From NCBI GenBank assembly GCA_000182565.2, contig KQ257451.1: DNA of 64,000 bases; one strand, given 5' to 3'. The notes under the pieces were generated by a model that was given only the letters and a program-made list of their open reading frames with translations, was not told the DNA's origin and did not search any database. Shown here piece after piece: positions 1 to 15,753 of the stretch; the first letter of the stretch is position 1; the number at the start of each line of letters is the position of its first letter. Made by a program: the position numbers and the translations under genes. Origin of the DNA: Spizellomyces punctatus DAOM BR117. Its lineage: Eukaryota.

Positions 1-3000
1 CTTCTCTGGAGTAGATTTACCAAAAGAAAACTCAACTCGAGCACATTCTTATTCGGCCGGATACGTACATTGGATCCGTGGAAAGTCAAACGGTCCCTAT
101 GTGGGTATTTGAAGACGATAAGATGGTATGGCGGAATGTCACATTCGTTCCTGGTCTCTACAAAATCTTCGACGAAATCATTGTCAACGGTAATCTAGTA
201 TGTACTTGATTCGCACTAGAAACTCAGTGATATTCATGATCTGCTTGCATTTTAGCGGCCGACAACAAGGTATCAACATTTCGGATCTGGTATCTTGGTA
301 GCCTCACGCACTTATCTTTGTTTGCAGGTTCGAGATCTCTCTATGGATGTCATCAAAGTAAACATTGACAAGGAGAACAATATGATATCCGTATATAACA
401 ACGGTCGAGGAATTCCGATAGAAATGCACTCGAAGGAACAAGTCTATGTTCCGGAATTGATCTTTGGACACCTACTTACATCGTCGAACTACGATGACAA
501 TCAAAAGAAGATAACGGGTGGAAGGAACGGTTATGGAGCTAAATTATGTAACATATTCAGTACTGAATTCATAGTGGAAACGGCGGATTCCGTAACAGGA
601 CGGAAATTTACTCAAGTGAGCTAGCAAAACAAGCAAACAAGCTGTTGCACAAGAGGTTCTGACTTTTTATTTTCAGATATTTTCAGAAAACATGAGCAAG
701 AAGGGCGTGCCCAAGACTACGAGTAATCCCCGGGGAGAGAATTACACTAAAATTACTTTCAAGCCCGACCTCGCCAAATTTGGCATGTCCACCATCGATA
801 ACGATTTCGAAGCCTTGGTTAAGAAGCGCGTCTATGATTTGGCCGGTTGCATTCGCGGCGTTAAGGTCTTCTTGAATGACGCCCGCCTGAAAGTCAAAGA
901 CTTCAAGGAGTATGCAGAATTGTACGTTAATAGTGCTACACCCGCTGGCGCGGTTGGCAAACCGACTATCATTTACGAACGCCCCAATGAACGGTGGGAA
1001 GTGGCTTTCACCATCAGCGATGGTCAATTTCAGCAAGTTAGTTTTGTCAACTCCATCTGTACGATGAAAGGTGGAACACACGTGAACCACGTCGCCGATC
1101 AACTTGTTGCGAGTTTAATAGAAGCAGTAAAGAAGAAAGACAAGAAAGGTGTGCCGCTCAAGCCATTTCAGGCGAAAAACCATTTGTGGCTATTTGTCAA
1201 CTGTTATATCGAAAATCCGGCGTTTGATTCGCAAACCAAGGAAAACATGACCTTGCGTCAAAGCAGCTTCGGTTCCAAATGCAATATCTCAGAAGACTTC
1301 ATGAAAAAAGGTTTGATCAGAGAACACAAGATTGCCATTTCCCTATTGTTATTCCTGACCGCTTTCCGATAGTTCTCAAGTCCGGTGTGGTGGACAACAT
1401 CTTGAGTTTCGCCAGATTTAAGCAGGACCAGCTCCTTAAGAAAACTGATGGAGTCAAGAAGACCCGTATTACGGGAATGGCTAAACTTGACGATGCAAAT
1501 AATGCGGGAACTCGCAACGCACACAAGTGTACGCTAATTCTCACGGAAGGAGATTCAGCCAAGTCACTCGCTGTCAGCGGTCTTTCTGTTGTCGGTCGTG
1601 ATAACTTTGGGGTTTTCCCCTTACGAGGCAAATTGCTGAATGTTCGCGAGGCATCCCATTCGCAAATTACTCAAAATACCGAAATCAACGCCATCAAACA
1701 GATTTTGGGTCTACAGCATGGAAAAGTGTACACCAGTACCGACAGTTTAAGATATGGGCATCTTATGATTATGACTGATCAAGTGTGTATCCATCTAGTG
1801 TGGCATCATTTCTTCATGACTAATGATATCCCTTTTCGTCAATGCTTAGGACCATGATGGTTCTCATATTAAGGGACTGATTATCAACCTACTGGACCAC
1901 TTCTGGCCTAGCTTGTTAAAAGTGCCTGGTTTTCTTCTCGAATTTATTACACCCATTGTGAAAGTGAGCTATTCATTTAGCGCCGCATTACCACTACAAC
2001 TCTCCTGATACAGTATATATAGGTGACAAAGGGCAGCGGGTCGCAGAAGAGGGAGCAATCTTTTTTCACCATCCCAGAGTATGAGGAATGGAAGCGGGCT
2101 CATGATGATGGGAAAGGTTGGACCATAAAGTACTACAAGGTAAGGCTGGTCGATGCTTTTGTTATTATTGTAGGAAGTTTGACCGATTGTTCTGAGTAGG
2201 GTCTGGGTACAAGCACTACTGAAGATGCCAAAAAATATTTTTCTGCGATGAACCGCCATTTAAAGCCGTTTAGTGCGGCGCAAGACGGAGAACGTGAGCT
2301 GATTGACATGGCCTTCAGTAAAAAGAAAGCTGACGATCGCAAGGAGTGGCTGCGGCAATTCCAAGTAAGTGTCTCCGGTCACTTTCGAATCTCTGCGATG
2401 ACGATCCTGATCTGCAAGTACCTTTCAGCCGGGAACATATATGGATCATTCCCAAAACCGCATTGCGATTTCAGACTTCATCAATAAGGAGCTCATTTTA
2501 TTTTCAATGGCTGACAATGCCCGATCGATTCCTTCCGCTGTGGATGGTCTAAAACCAGGTCAGCGGAAAATTCTGTTCTCTTGCTTTAAAAGAAATTTGA
2601 AGCAAGAAATCAAGGTGGGATGTCCTATCTTTCGTATTGTCGGACATCTACTGAGCCTTGCACAGGTGGCCCAGCTCGCTGGTTATGTGTCAGAACACTC
2701 TGCATACCACCATGGAGAGCAAAGCTTGTGCTCTACCATCGTCGGTATGGCTCAGAACTTTGTCGGGAGTAATAATATGCAATTACTTGAACCTCGAGGA
2801 CAGTTTGGAACCAGACTGCAGGTGCGCCTTCGACATTTGTTTTGTAAGATTGTTGTCAGCAGTTACCAATCCATGTGTTCTAGGGTGGGAAAGACGCCGC
2901 CAGTCCTCGTTACATCTTCACAACGCTGTCCCCACTGGCACGAGCATTATATCACCCAGCGGATGATGCTTTGCTGGCTTATCAAAATGAAGATGGACAA

Positions 3001-5548
3001 AGTATTGAACCTGAATGGTGCTGCCTACTTCTACTTCGTTGAAGCTGCCGCAATGTTGAAAGTAATTATTGTACCTCTCCGGCATTAGGTACTTACCGAT
3101 ACTGCCAGTGCTACTCATCAATGGGGGTGAGGGCATCGGAACGGGATGGTCATCCTCCATTCCGAATTACAAGTAGGTGCCTGCTTTTCAACATTATGTG
3201 CCTTCATTAATAGTTTTCAATGTGACATATCAGTCCCCGTGACGTAGTTGAGAACATCTTTCGAATTATGGATGGGGATGATCTTGTACCTATGCATCCC
3301 TGGTACCGTGGATACAAAGTAGGTTATAAAGCGTAACATGTTGATATCTGCTTGATTTTTTGACACGATTTTCTAGGGCACAATCGAATTAGTTGGCAAG
3401 GACAAGTACAGGGTGACGGGAGTAATCAAAAAGATTGACGAAACGACCGTCGAAATAACTGAATTACCAATTCGCACATGGACCCAAAACTATAAAGAAG
3501 ATTTAGAATCATGGCTTACAGGCACGGAAAAGCAGGCAGCTTGGATCAAGGATTATAAGGAATACCACACCGACTCATCCGTGCACTTTATTGTGACATT
3601 AACGGAGGAACAAATGGCCTTGGCCGAGAAGGAAGGTCTCGAGAAACGTTTCAAACTTGTTAGCTCGATTTCCACATCGAATCTGGTTTGCTTCGACCAA
3701 GAGGGTCGAATCAGGAAATACGAATCTGTTGAGGACATTTTTACCGAATTTTGCGACCTTAGGCGAAAGTATTACCAGAAGCGAAAGGCAAGAATTGGAT
3801 CTAAGCAAATATTGCCTCATACCCATTTCGGATTGCTTACCCGTTTTGTCAACAGGAATATCTTCTCAATCAACTCAACTCGGACTTGACCAAACTGGAC
3901 AACAAGGTGCGATTTGTGACGGAAATCATCCAAGGCGAGCTTGTAGTCCAAAATAAGAAAAGGGACGCTTTACTACAAGAATTGCGTCACCGAAAGTACG
4001 TTCCGATACACAACAAGAAAGAAAAGCCGGATGTGGATGAAGAAGCAGAAGACGAGGAAGAGTCAACTAAGGAGTCAAAGGGCCACGGATACGACTATCT
4101 ACTGTCCATGCCTATTTGGAATCTCACAATGGAGAAGGTGCAGCAATTAATGAAGCAACGAGATCAGAAGGCCGAGGAAGTTGTCATTTTGACCGGCCAG
4201 TCCATTAATCAGCTGTGGCGTACAGACTTGGACGCCTTTTTGGCGCAGTGGGATGTAAGGCCATTTGATCAATACGGAACTAGTTCAGAATCGTGAACGA
4301 AAGCTAATGATTGTCGATCCATTGCCCGGAATCAGCATTTTGAAAGGATGATGGAAGAAAACGATTCTCAAAAACCCGCTAATGGCACTACCGCGTTGGG
4401 AGCCGCGAAGACTGCACCCAAGAAAAATGGGGTGTCGGCCATTGCCAAGACCAAGCAAGCAGCAAAGAAGGTGATAGATGAGAAGTTAGATAAGAAGGCG
4501 TTCGATGTCAGCGATGATGAGGACGATGATGACGACTTCACACCTAAAGAAAAGGGTATAGCAAATAGGCATGCTGGTGCAGGATATTGATCTGACATGA
4601 TGAAATTACAATAACAGTTAGCCAACATCGCGCCACCAGCGCGAAACCTCGAACAGGGGATGGAAGCGCTAAAAGACTTACCAAAAATACGAAGGAGGAG
4701 CAAAAAGTAGAAGACGTGATGGTAGGGTTCCCTGGATTATCAGAGGTGCTTGTGCCTTACTATAACATGAAATGCAGGATGTTGAGATTAAAGCAGAGCC
4801 ATCGGCGCGCAAGACAGTCGCCACTCCATCTGTAGAGGAGTTGGCAGAAACCATGTCCAATATCAGCATTACCAAGAGACCAGAAGCCGGAAAGAAGCGC
4901 ATATTGGGCGGGAAACGAGCGGCAGCACCCGGACAGGCCAGAACCACGACCAAAAAAGCCACCGCAATGTCGGAGCAACTCGAGCCAGCCAAAGTCGGTG
5001 GCTTGATTGGTATGGAGTCCCCGGTAGAGGATGTAGTTCCTGTCAAGACACGTCAAACAGCCAAGGCAAAGATGCCTGCGAAGTCTCGCGCACCGAAAGC
5101 AACCAAGGTGCCCGCGGTTGTGGTGGACGAGTCTGAAGACGACGTGGATGATGAGATGGATATCAACGTGCTGGCAACGTCAGCCAAGTCCTCCAAGTCA
5201 ACATCTCCTGCGACCACCGCGGAAAAGAAGATAGCTCCAAGCAAAACGAAGATAGCGCGCAACAAGAAGGCTATTGTTGACTCGGACTCGGATGATGTGG
5301 AACATGTACCCGCCGTGATGAAGAAACCTGTATCGGCAGCACGTGCGACCAAAAAGAAACCGGTGGTGGATTCTGATGAGGACGACGAAATTGTTGCAAT
5401 TCCAGTGGTCGCTACTGGGGGACGAGGTAGATCAACTCGCGGCAAACAACCTATAAAATACTTCGACCCCGGGAGCGAAGAGGATCAGAAAGAAGAGGAG
5501 AATGAGAATGAATCTGAGAGTGACTTTAATGATGATGATGATTATTAG
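1..5548 (+). CDS. TOP2: DNA topoisomerase II (5' end lies upstream of window; multi-exon)
   Basis: Exon translations contain YQKKTQLEHILIRPDTYIGS, GGRNGYGAKLCNIFS, LILTEGDSAK, PLRGKLLNVR, YYKGLGTS, DGLKPGQRK, YHHGEQSL and ASPRYIFT, then an acidic/basic C-tail ending at TAG 5546-5548. Confidence 0.97.
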
Positions 5549-6000
5549 TTGTTTAGGTTGTAGTGGTGGACATGTATGTAGTTGTATTTGTCGATTGCAT
5601 TTCGTTGTAATGGATACGACTTAGGGATGTCAATCTCCACTATCTATATTTTGAATAGTGGATAACATTGTCTGTAGAATTTGCAACCAGCGACAGCAAC
5701 GTCGGGTGGTCGCGCCCACTATTCAGGTCAATCCTTGGTGTATAAGCTGCCTAATGCATGACCTTGGTCGGTGTTTCCAGTCAAATATCTTTCTATACCA
5801 CCTTCAAGAAAACTTTAGAGGTCAAAAAAACTAAGATTTTTGATAGTTTAAATGCCACAGTGTAGATCTTGTAGCCACGTGAATCAATTGGGTGTGTCAG
5901 CGCAATGTCCTCCAAACGCTGGTATCCGCGATTCAATCTGTCCATACGTGGTTAGCTCTGCCGATTTATTGTGAAACCTTAGAGACGGTGAGAATATCGG

Positions 6001-7498
6001 ATGGACTCGGCAGAGCTTGAGGCTTCATCACACGGTGGGGCTTCCAGAGAGCAGGCACCATTGTCTCCCAGAACTGCTTTGAGCCAAGATGCGACAAAGA
6101 AAGGACGTGTCGTCTATGTCGGACACGATAAGTTTGGCACCCGTGTCCCTTTGGATGAGCTCAGGAAGCTGTACCTAAACGAGCTCCCCGGTCGTGTCAC
6201 CGACCATGAAAGGCGAACCATCACCTACGATGGAAGTTTGAAAAAGTATCCTCCAGTCCGTCTTCTCCGGAATTGCGATCGGAAACGAATATTGGTCACT
6301 GGAGGAGCTGGGTTTGTGGGATCGCATCTGGTGGATAGATTGATGATTATGGGCAATGAGGTTGTCGTGCTGGATAACTTTTTTACTGGGAGAAAGAATA
6401 ACATTGAACATTGGTTGGGACATCCAAATTTCGAACTCGTGCGACACGATGTTGTAGGTGGGTACGTATGCACCTTTTGGTCTGATCAACAGCGGTCATT
6501 AGCTAAGGCAGCACTATGGCCACGCAGACCCGTTTATGATTGAAGTGGATGAAATCTACCATCTGGCTTGTCCTGCCTCACCACCTCATTACCAATACAA
6601 CCCGATCAAAACCGTCAAGACAAGTGTGATGGGAACAATCAACATGCTCGGGCTAGCCAAGCGCACAAAAGCGAAATTCCTCCTCACATCAACCTCTGGT
6701 GAGTCCGATTGTAATTGGTAGTTTTGGTGGGTGTCAAATTTGATGACCATTGAAACCTTTGACCATGATTAGAGATTTATGGAGATCCAAAGGAACATCC
6801 ACAGAAGGAGACATATTGGGGTGAGCTCCTCTCCGTTGGTGCCATCTGCGAAGCTTCACGTTGTGTCATGAACTAATGAGTATTTTCGTTAGGACATGTC
6901 AACCCTGTAAGCACAAATACCAATCATGCAAATGGTCAGCTCTCCGCTCACACGGTATACTTTGCATCGCTAGATTGGACCAAGGGCGTGCTACGATGAA
7001 GGCAAACGGGTAGCAGAAACCTTGACGTTTGCCTACGCCAAACAAGAAAAGCTTGACGTCAGAGTAGCGCGTATCTTCAACACCTTTGGACCCCGCATGA
7101 ACGAGAATGACGGTCGCGTCGTTTCAAATTTCATCATACAGGCCTTGAGAGGGGAGGATTTGACGGTCTACGGCGAAGGGGATCAGACGCGATCGTTTCA
7201 ATATATCCATGACCTGGTGGACGGGTTGATTCAACTCATGCATTCCAAGGCACATGAACCGGTCAACCTTGGCAATCCAGATGAATACACAATCATGGAG
7301 TTTGCTGAAATCATTCGAGATACAGTTAACAAAGAAGTCAGAATCGTGAATCTGCCTTCGACCACGGATGATCCTCAACGTAGGCGCCCGGACATTACCC
7401 GCGCCAAGACCTTCCTCGACTGGTCACCAAAGTTTTCAGTGATGCAAGGAATAGAGGAAACAGTAGAATATTTTTCAAAGCTTGCCAATGATCTGTAA
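6001..7498 (+). CDS. UXS1: UDP-glucuronic acid decarboxylase (UDP-xylose synthase), multi-exon
   Basis: [43 protein letters not shown] and [10 protein letters not shown] motifs, joined by GT-AG introns including a 14-nt micro-exon (6893-6906). Confidence 0.95.
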
Positions 7499-7663
7499 AA
7501 AAAAAAGAATGGCGGGAAGGAGCACTTGTACATGAAATAGACGCATACTGAACGGCATTTTATCAAAGATCATTTGCATCTCCAGGTATACAGGGGCCAG
7601 AATAGTCCCTTCCCTCTCCCCTCTCTATGGCTACACCTTCCATTGGAGGCTCAATGTCCGGAT

Positions 7664-9679
7664 CTAATGATCAAGGATGCGGAGGTTGCCAGATACGACC
7701 TTGTCATTCAGAATGGCGCCTGATGGGATATCTATTCTCTCGCCGTGGTTAGCGACGATAATGACAGTCCCTAAATTAAATTGTAAGGAACCCACTACAA
7801 CGTTTAAGTCGATGCGCGCATCCAGGTGTTACCTTGAAGAACTACAGAATGTCCAAAGGTCACGTCTCCCGTGACCGTTAGGTGATCCAAGTCCAATATT
7901 TGGGGAGGCCCCTGGAACCGGGACAAAAAGTGGGAAACCTGTAATAACAAGGAAGGAAGGAATTAGGAGAATGCCATGATAATTAGCTACTCGAGGAAGA
8001 CTTGAGGACCTTTTTAAAGTGGTCGCCAAGCTTAACAAGAGGAACTGTCGTGAACTGCCTCTTTGCATTCATTGTGAGATTTCCATGCTCCAATCGATAC
8101 AAGTCCGATGTGATCAAAAACAGATCGGATGTGCTCTTGACAGGCAAGAATCGACTACGAGGGACATTGATACCGTGGGCTCCGTTGAAATGCTTGATAG
8201 CAGCACCGACGGCGGTCTCAAGTTGAATGACCTTTTCCCCGTTTTCCGCGGTCTTATTGTTTACGATAATCTCCATATTCAGCTCGCTGTTGTCGACGAG
8301 GCGTCTGATGGCCTTCAAGGATATCCACAAGTTATTCGTGTTGAAGATCTTGAACTTCTTGATAGATTTGAAATCGTCCACATGTGCAGAGGGTACTTGG
8401 GCGATTTCTAGCAATCGAATGCTGTCCTCGTATTCAATCAGTGTTCCTCCCTTGATGTCAGCCTTTGTCTTGTCGGTCACTTCCATGAGGAATTCTGATC
8501 CCGAGGCAACCATATGCCGAAGGATGTCTATACAGTTTGGAGCCATCAATACTCAGCTTGTGAACCATGAGACCCTAATGTAGTCATCATACGCAATACG
8601 TACTGACATCAACCGTTGCGCCAAGATTGTCAACGTTCGAAACAAATAGATATTCTTTTCCTTGCGCAAGCAGCTCGTCCAATGTCCCACTGTTTGCCAG
8701 TGCTTCAAACAGATCACCGTGTCCTGGTGGGTACCAGTTGCTCACGGCAGCGTCGGGAGAAGTAGGAACGGGAAGGAGGGTATCTTTGGAAACACGGGGG
8801 AACCGCGATTGATTAAATGTCAAGAGCTGAATCTGGTGGCCAGCATATTTCTGAATGATGCGTTTTGTTTCGGTGTCCGTGTTGAAAGAGTTCATTAAGA
8901 CTAGCGGGACGTTCACGTTGTTCTGACGGTTCAGATACTTTTGCCATGCGAATCGGTGTCAATTGAGGTTCACAGGTCATTATACCGTGCGATTTCAAAG
9001 CAGCCTACCTCTATCTGGCGCACTGTGAGATCCAAGAACGTCATTCCCTCTCGAACTTCTATTGCACTGTGACGCAGGCACCGGGCAGTCATGTAAGAGT
9101 TACGAAGTCCATTGATCCTCATTTGTAATGAACATACCTCTTCGGGCCGACACATCCCATTGTCGTGCCAAGTCCACCATTCAGCTTCAGCACGGCTAAT
9201 TTACTTAGGAAATTTGGGACTTCCGCGTCTGGCGTCGCAGGTAGGTCTTTATAGGCGACAATCTACCAGGAGAGTCAGTTGTCTTCGACAGACAAAGGAT
9301 GTGTAGGCATATTTGTGTATGACATACTTTCTCCGGACCTGGTGAGTTGACTGCGTTCCAATTTCTGTACCAAAGATGTTACTGAAAGCGATAGTCTCCT
9401 CGTCACAGTGCTGACCTACAATTTTGTGCCCTTTGCCTTTTCAGACAAGTATCGAGTAAAAAGGGAGTAGAAATTGTCCATTTCCAAAGTGAATGCTGCT
9501 CTCTCGGGGCCCTCTGGCACCATTTCGCACAGCTTGTTGAGCTCGTTCCTCATGCCAGCCGCGGCGACGGCATGCGACTGTTCATGAAAGCCGGCGACGG
9601 ATATCGCTCTGTTATGGTCCAAGGCAGTCATACCTGCCGCGTCTTTTTGAAAACCATCAGCAATGCTTGTAAAGCTCAT
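7664..9679 (-). CDS. UGP1: UTP-glucose-1-phosphate uridylyltransferase (UDP-glucose pyrophosphorylase)
   Basis: [38 protein letters not shown] and [10 protein letters not shown] motifs; C-terminus [11 protein letters not shown] ends at 7664. Confidence 0.95.
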
Positions 9680-10075
9680 GTCGTTTGAGTTTCTTGTTTA
9701 GTTTCTGCTCGAGTGTAAGATGTGATGTATAACGAAGGGAAGGTGGGGAGAAGGACTAGCGGGGAGGAACGTGGGTAATGACGTACATGGATATGCTAAG
9801 CCATTAGAATGGCACAGTTTTACGATGAGGTTGATGGCACAGCCAACGGCACGGTGACTGAATACGAGCCCTGTCGTGGCCGGTGCGGCCTCCATTGTTA
9901 CTCGAGCAACGCTGCGTTTTGTAGGTCGATTTTCCACCAAACTGTCGTAGGCTGAGGTCCTCCACACGTTGCAAGTGGTTGCCGAAATCAACAGCTTGAA
10001 CAAGCAGGGGGGGCATCTTGCTGAATTTTGGAAGAATTCACGTAAGCCTGCGTCTGTCATCTCGTCACGTCCACG

Positions 10076-13260
<3,185 letters not shown>

Positions 13261-13477
13261 CGGTGATGTACTACTAATATTCCGGAAATATATCACACTT
13301 GCTTTGATTTCTTGAGTGTGCATCCTTTTACTGGTGTGGACTTTTCATGTGATCAAAGCCTTGCACAGGCACGCTCGGTAAAATCCTCACCAGAAATCAA
13401 AGGATATTGGCAAGAGGGCCTCCACGGCGAAATGATTATAATGTAATGTACAACGGAAAATTGAAGCCCGTCCATCA

Positions 13478-13796
13478 TCATGCGGACTTGTCGGCAGAGG
13501 ATGGTGGAGGCATTGGAATGTTATCAAAATCGTCACGGCCCGTCTTGTACATTGAATAACCAACTAGATTTGAGCGTTCCAGAGTGTGAGTCCAGGACAT
13601 CCCAACCATAAACTCCAAGGTCATGAGCAACAGCCAACTTACATATAGCCAGCGTTCCTCCCAAAAGAATTCCTCCCACTATCATATTCCTCTTACGGTA
13701 CGGCCGCATAATCTCCATTTTGGCGGCCATGAGCTGCTCGGGCGTCATGCTACGTTGGTAGGCGTTCAAATGTCTGTACGCTTCCTGAACTGGCAT
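13478..13796 (-). CDS. Small mitochondrial membrane protein, COA3-like (cytochrome c oxidase assembly factor 3), 2 exons
   Basis: M...MRPYRKRNMIVGGILLGGTLAI, then an intron, then ...MYKTGRDDFDNIPMPPPSSADKSA*. This resembles the fungal Coa3 pattern (RPY..N, one TM helix, DDF.D). Confidence 0.6.
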
Positions 13797-13950
13797 CTAT
13801 ACTCAACCATGTTAGTGATTGCATTAATTGCAAGTGTCAATGCGCGGTATATGCGATTAACTCACGTTATGGAAATCAAAAGGGTGAGCAGGCTGTTGAG
13901 GTGCTGTCGGAAGGGGCGGAGGATGAGCCATTTTGGTGATTTCCAAAGCG

Positions 13951-15753
13951 TTAACTTGCAAGCGAACTAGTTGCTTGTTCACTGTGCGCGTTGCCAGGAC
14001 ACCCAGAGATGCTAGTGACGTGGTCATATAGTGTGCCCCGTTTGTGGACTTTTTCAACCTTGCCTTCTCGTCGTCGATAAGGTCTTGAATGAGGTCGTTC
14101 TTTGAATTTTTTCTCCACAAACTCAGATGAGGAACAGCGAGGGCAAACAGATGAGGTCTTGTACTCGTCGAGAAGGAAACAATCAATGCGGTTGCGCTTA
14201 AAGAGGGTGCTCCAGCCTTTCGTCTTTGATGAGGTCTGAAATCTCGCAGTTCGACCAGCGTCGCTCCAATCACCCATCACAATGGTAAAGTTCCCAAACT
14301 TGTTGCGCAAGTTGGATATGAGGTTCGATTCGCTTCGCTGCCGATTGATGAAGGAGTGCCATTTCCATCGCATGTGGGCAGGGTGGGAGTAGAATTCCTT
14401 GCGACGATCCCAATCAGCGCGGCGAACGAGAAGGTAGCGAGTGAAGTCCATGAGGTTCATTGTTTTGTGGGATGGTATTCGTGATTCTATGAGATCAACT
14501 CCAGCTTCTTCCTTCATTGCTTCTCGTCTCTTTGCAAATCGCCGGCTACCTGTCTCCACGGCTCGCTGGTTGGCGGTGTAGCGAAATGTCGTACCACTGT
14601 TGTCTTGGCAGTAGAGAAGATCGCGCTTGTTTGGGTCGATAACGATGACATTTTCTGCTGCTCGACAAGCAGGCAAGTTTTTCTCCACATATTGCGCTTT
14701 AACGTCGTCCTCTAAACTCTTTGCTGACTTTCTCGCTCCGCGCTTTCCACACTTGTCTGCTTCTGGGTGCTTTAGGTATACAGACACCGAGGTTCCGTCC
14801 GTCGTGATCGAGCCTTCAAAACACATTCCATGACGAGATCTAAAAGCCTTGTTCTGCAGATTACAGATGCGCAACCATAAATCGACCTTCTCTACGGCTT
14901 CTGCTTCTCGTCGCGTGATGCAGAGGATGTGGGCGTAGAGAATGAGCGTGTCGATGCGAATATGGGACTGAATCAGAGACCGATGAAGAGGGATTGCACT
15001 GAACCGACGGAAGCCATGTCGTTCATACAGCCCAGAGAGTTTGCAGTATGCAGGAAAGAAAGCGAGAGGGTCTACAGCAACCGAATATGCGAACGGCTGG
15101 TCAGAAAGGGGAATGAAGGACCACATCTCTTCTAGAAGTTCACTCTCTTTAGCAGTCAAGTCATCAAGTGACTCGGGCACAATATCAAAAAGGAAAATTG
15201 ACTTCAAGTAGCGTAGCCGAGCAAAGAAAGCTTTCCGCGCTTCACTCTTTGGAGGCCCTTTCCGTCCCTTCACGTCGAGCCGCAGATTGATATACCGAAG
15301 GAGCATCTGCATGAAATGCTCTTGAACGTTGACTTTCAGGTTCGTCATCATACTCACTGTCAGGTAATTGACTGATTGCTGCTCGCCTCGTAGATTTGGG
15401 TGAACAAAGCCGACGATTTGGCAGTACCGTTGAACATATGGCAGCAAACAATCCCGCCATGCCTTCTTTGCTTCCTTTCTTGGATGCCAAGCCTCCCCCT
15501 TGTTGAGAAGATAGAGAATCGCTTCGATTGTATCTTCATTTACCGTGGGAAAGGTTGGTGCAGATAGGATGTAGAATTTGAGAGCGTGGGAAGCGTGGTC
15601 GGCGAGTTGATGGATGATGGCGATGTAATCTAAAAGCCGTTGGCAGTAGATGTCGTTTGGCAGGAAAGCTTTTGCAAAGGAAGTCTTGTTGCAGGTATGT
15701 AAGCAAGTAGGTTTGTCGAGTTTTTCGAGCCTTTGCTTTTTCTTTGGTGGCAT
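13951..15753 (-). CDS. Fanzor1 (TnpB/Cas12-like RuvC RNA-guided endonuclease), C-terminally truncated: 570 Fanzor codons plus a 30-aa foreign tail
   Basis: Starts MPPKKKQR (NLS-like, ATG 15753). Has SITTDGTSVS, RuvC-I VIVIDPNKRD (Asp codon 14635-14637), VMGDWS, RuvC-II LLDEYKTSSVCPRC (Glu 14164-14166; CxxC 14134-14145). Very similar to recalled SpuFz1 up to ...EKVH, then diverges; no second Cys pair and no NRD RuvC-III. Confidence 0.92.
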   Translation of the reverse strand: MPPKKKQRLEKLDKPTCLHTCNKTSFAKAFLPNDIYCQRLLDYIAIIHQLADHASHALKFYILSAPTFPTVNEDTIEAILYLLNKGEAWHPRKEAKKAWRDCLLPYVQRYCQIVGFVHPNLRGEQQSVNYLTVSMMTNLKVNVQEHFMQMLLRYINLRLDVKGRKGPPKSEARKAFFARLRYLKSIFLFDIVPESLDDLTAKESELLEEMWSFIPLSDQPFAYSVAVDPLAFFPAYCKLSGLYERHGFRRFSAIPLHRSLIQSHIRIDTLILYAHILCITRREAEAVEKVDLWLRICNLQNKAFRSRHGMCFEGSITTDGTSVSVYLKHPEADKCGKRGARKSAKSLEDDVKAQYVEKNLPACRAAENVIVIDPNKRDLLYCQDNSGTTFRYTANQRAVETGSRRFAKRREAMKEEAGVDLIESRIPSHKTMNLMDFTRYLLVRRADWDRRKEFYSHPAHMRWKWHSFINRQRSESNLISNLRNKFGNFTIVMGDWSDAGRTARFQTSSKTKGWSTLFKRNRIDCFLLDEYKTSSVCPRCSSSEFVEKKFKERPHSRPYRRREGKVEKVHKRGTLYDHVTSISGCPGNAHSEQATSSLAS

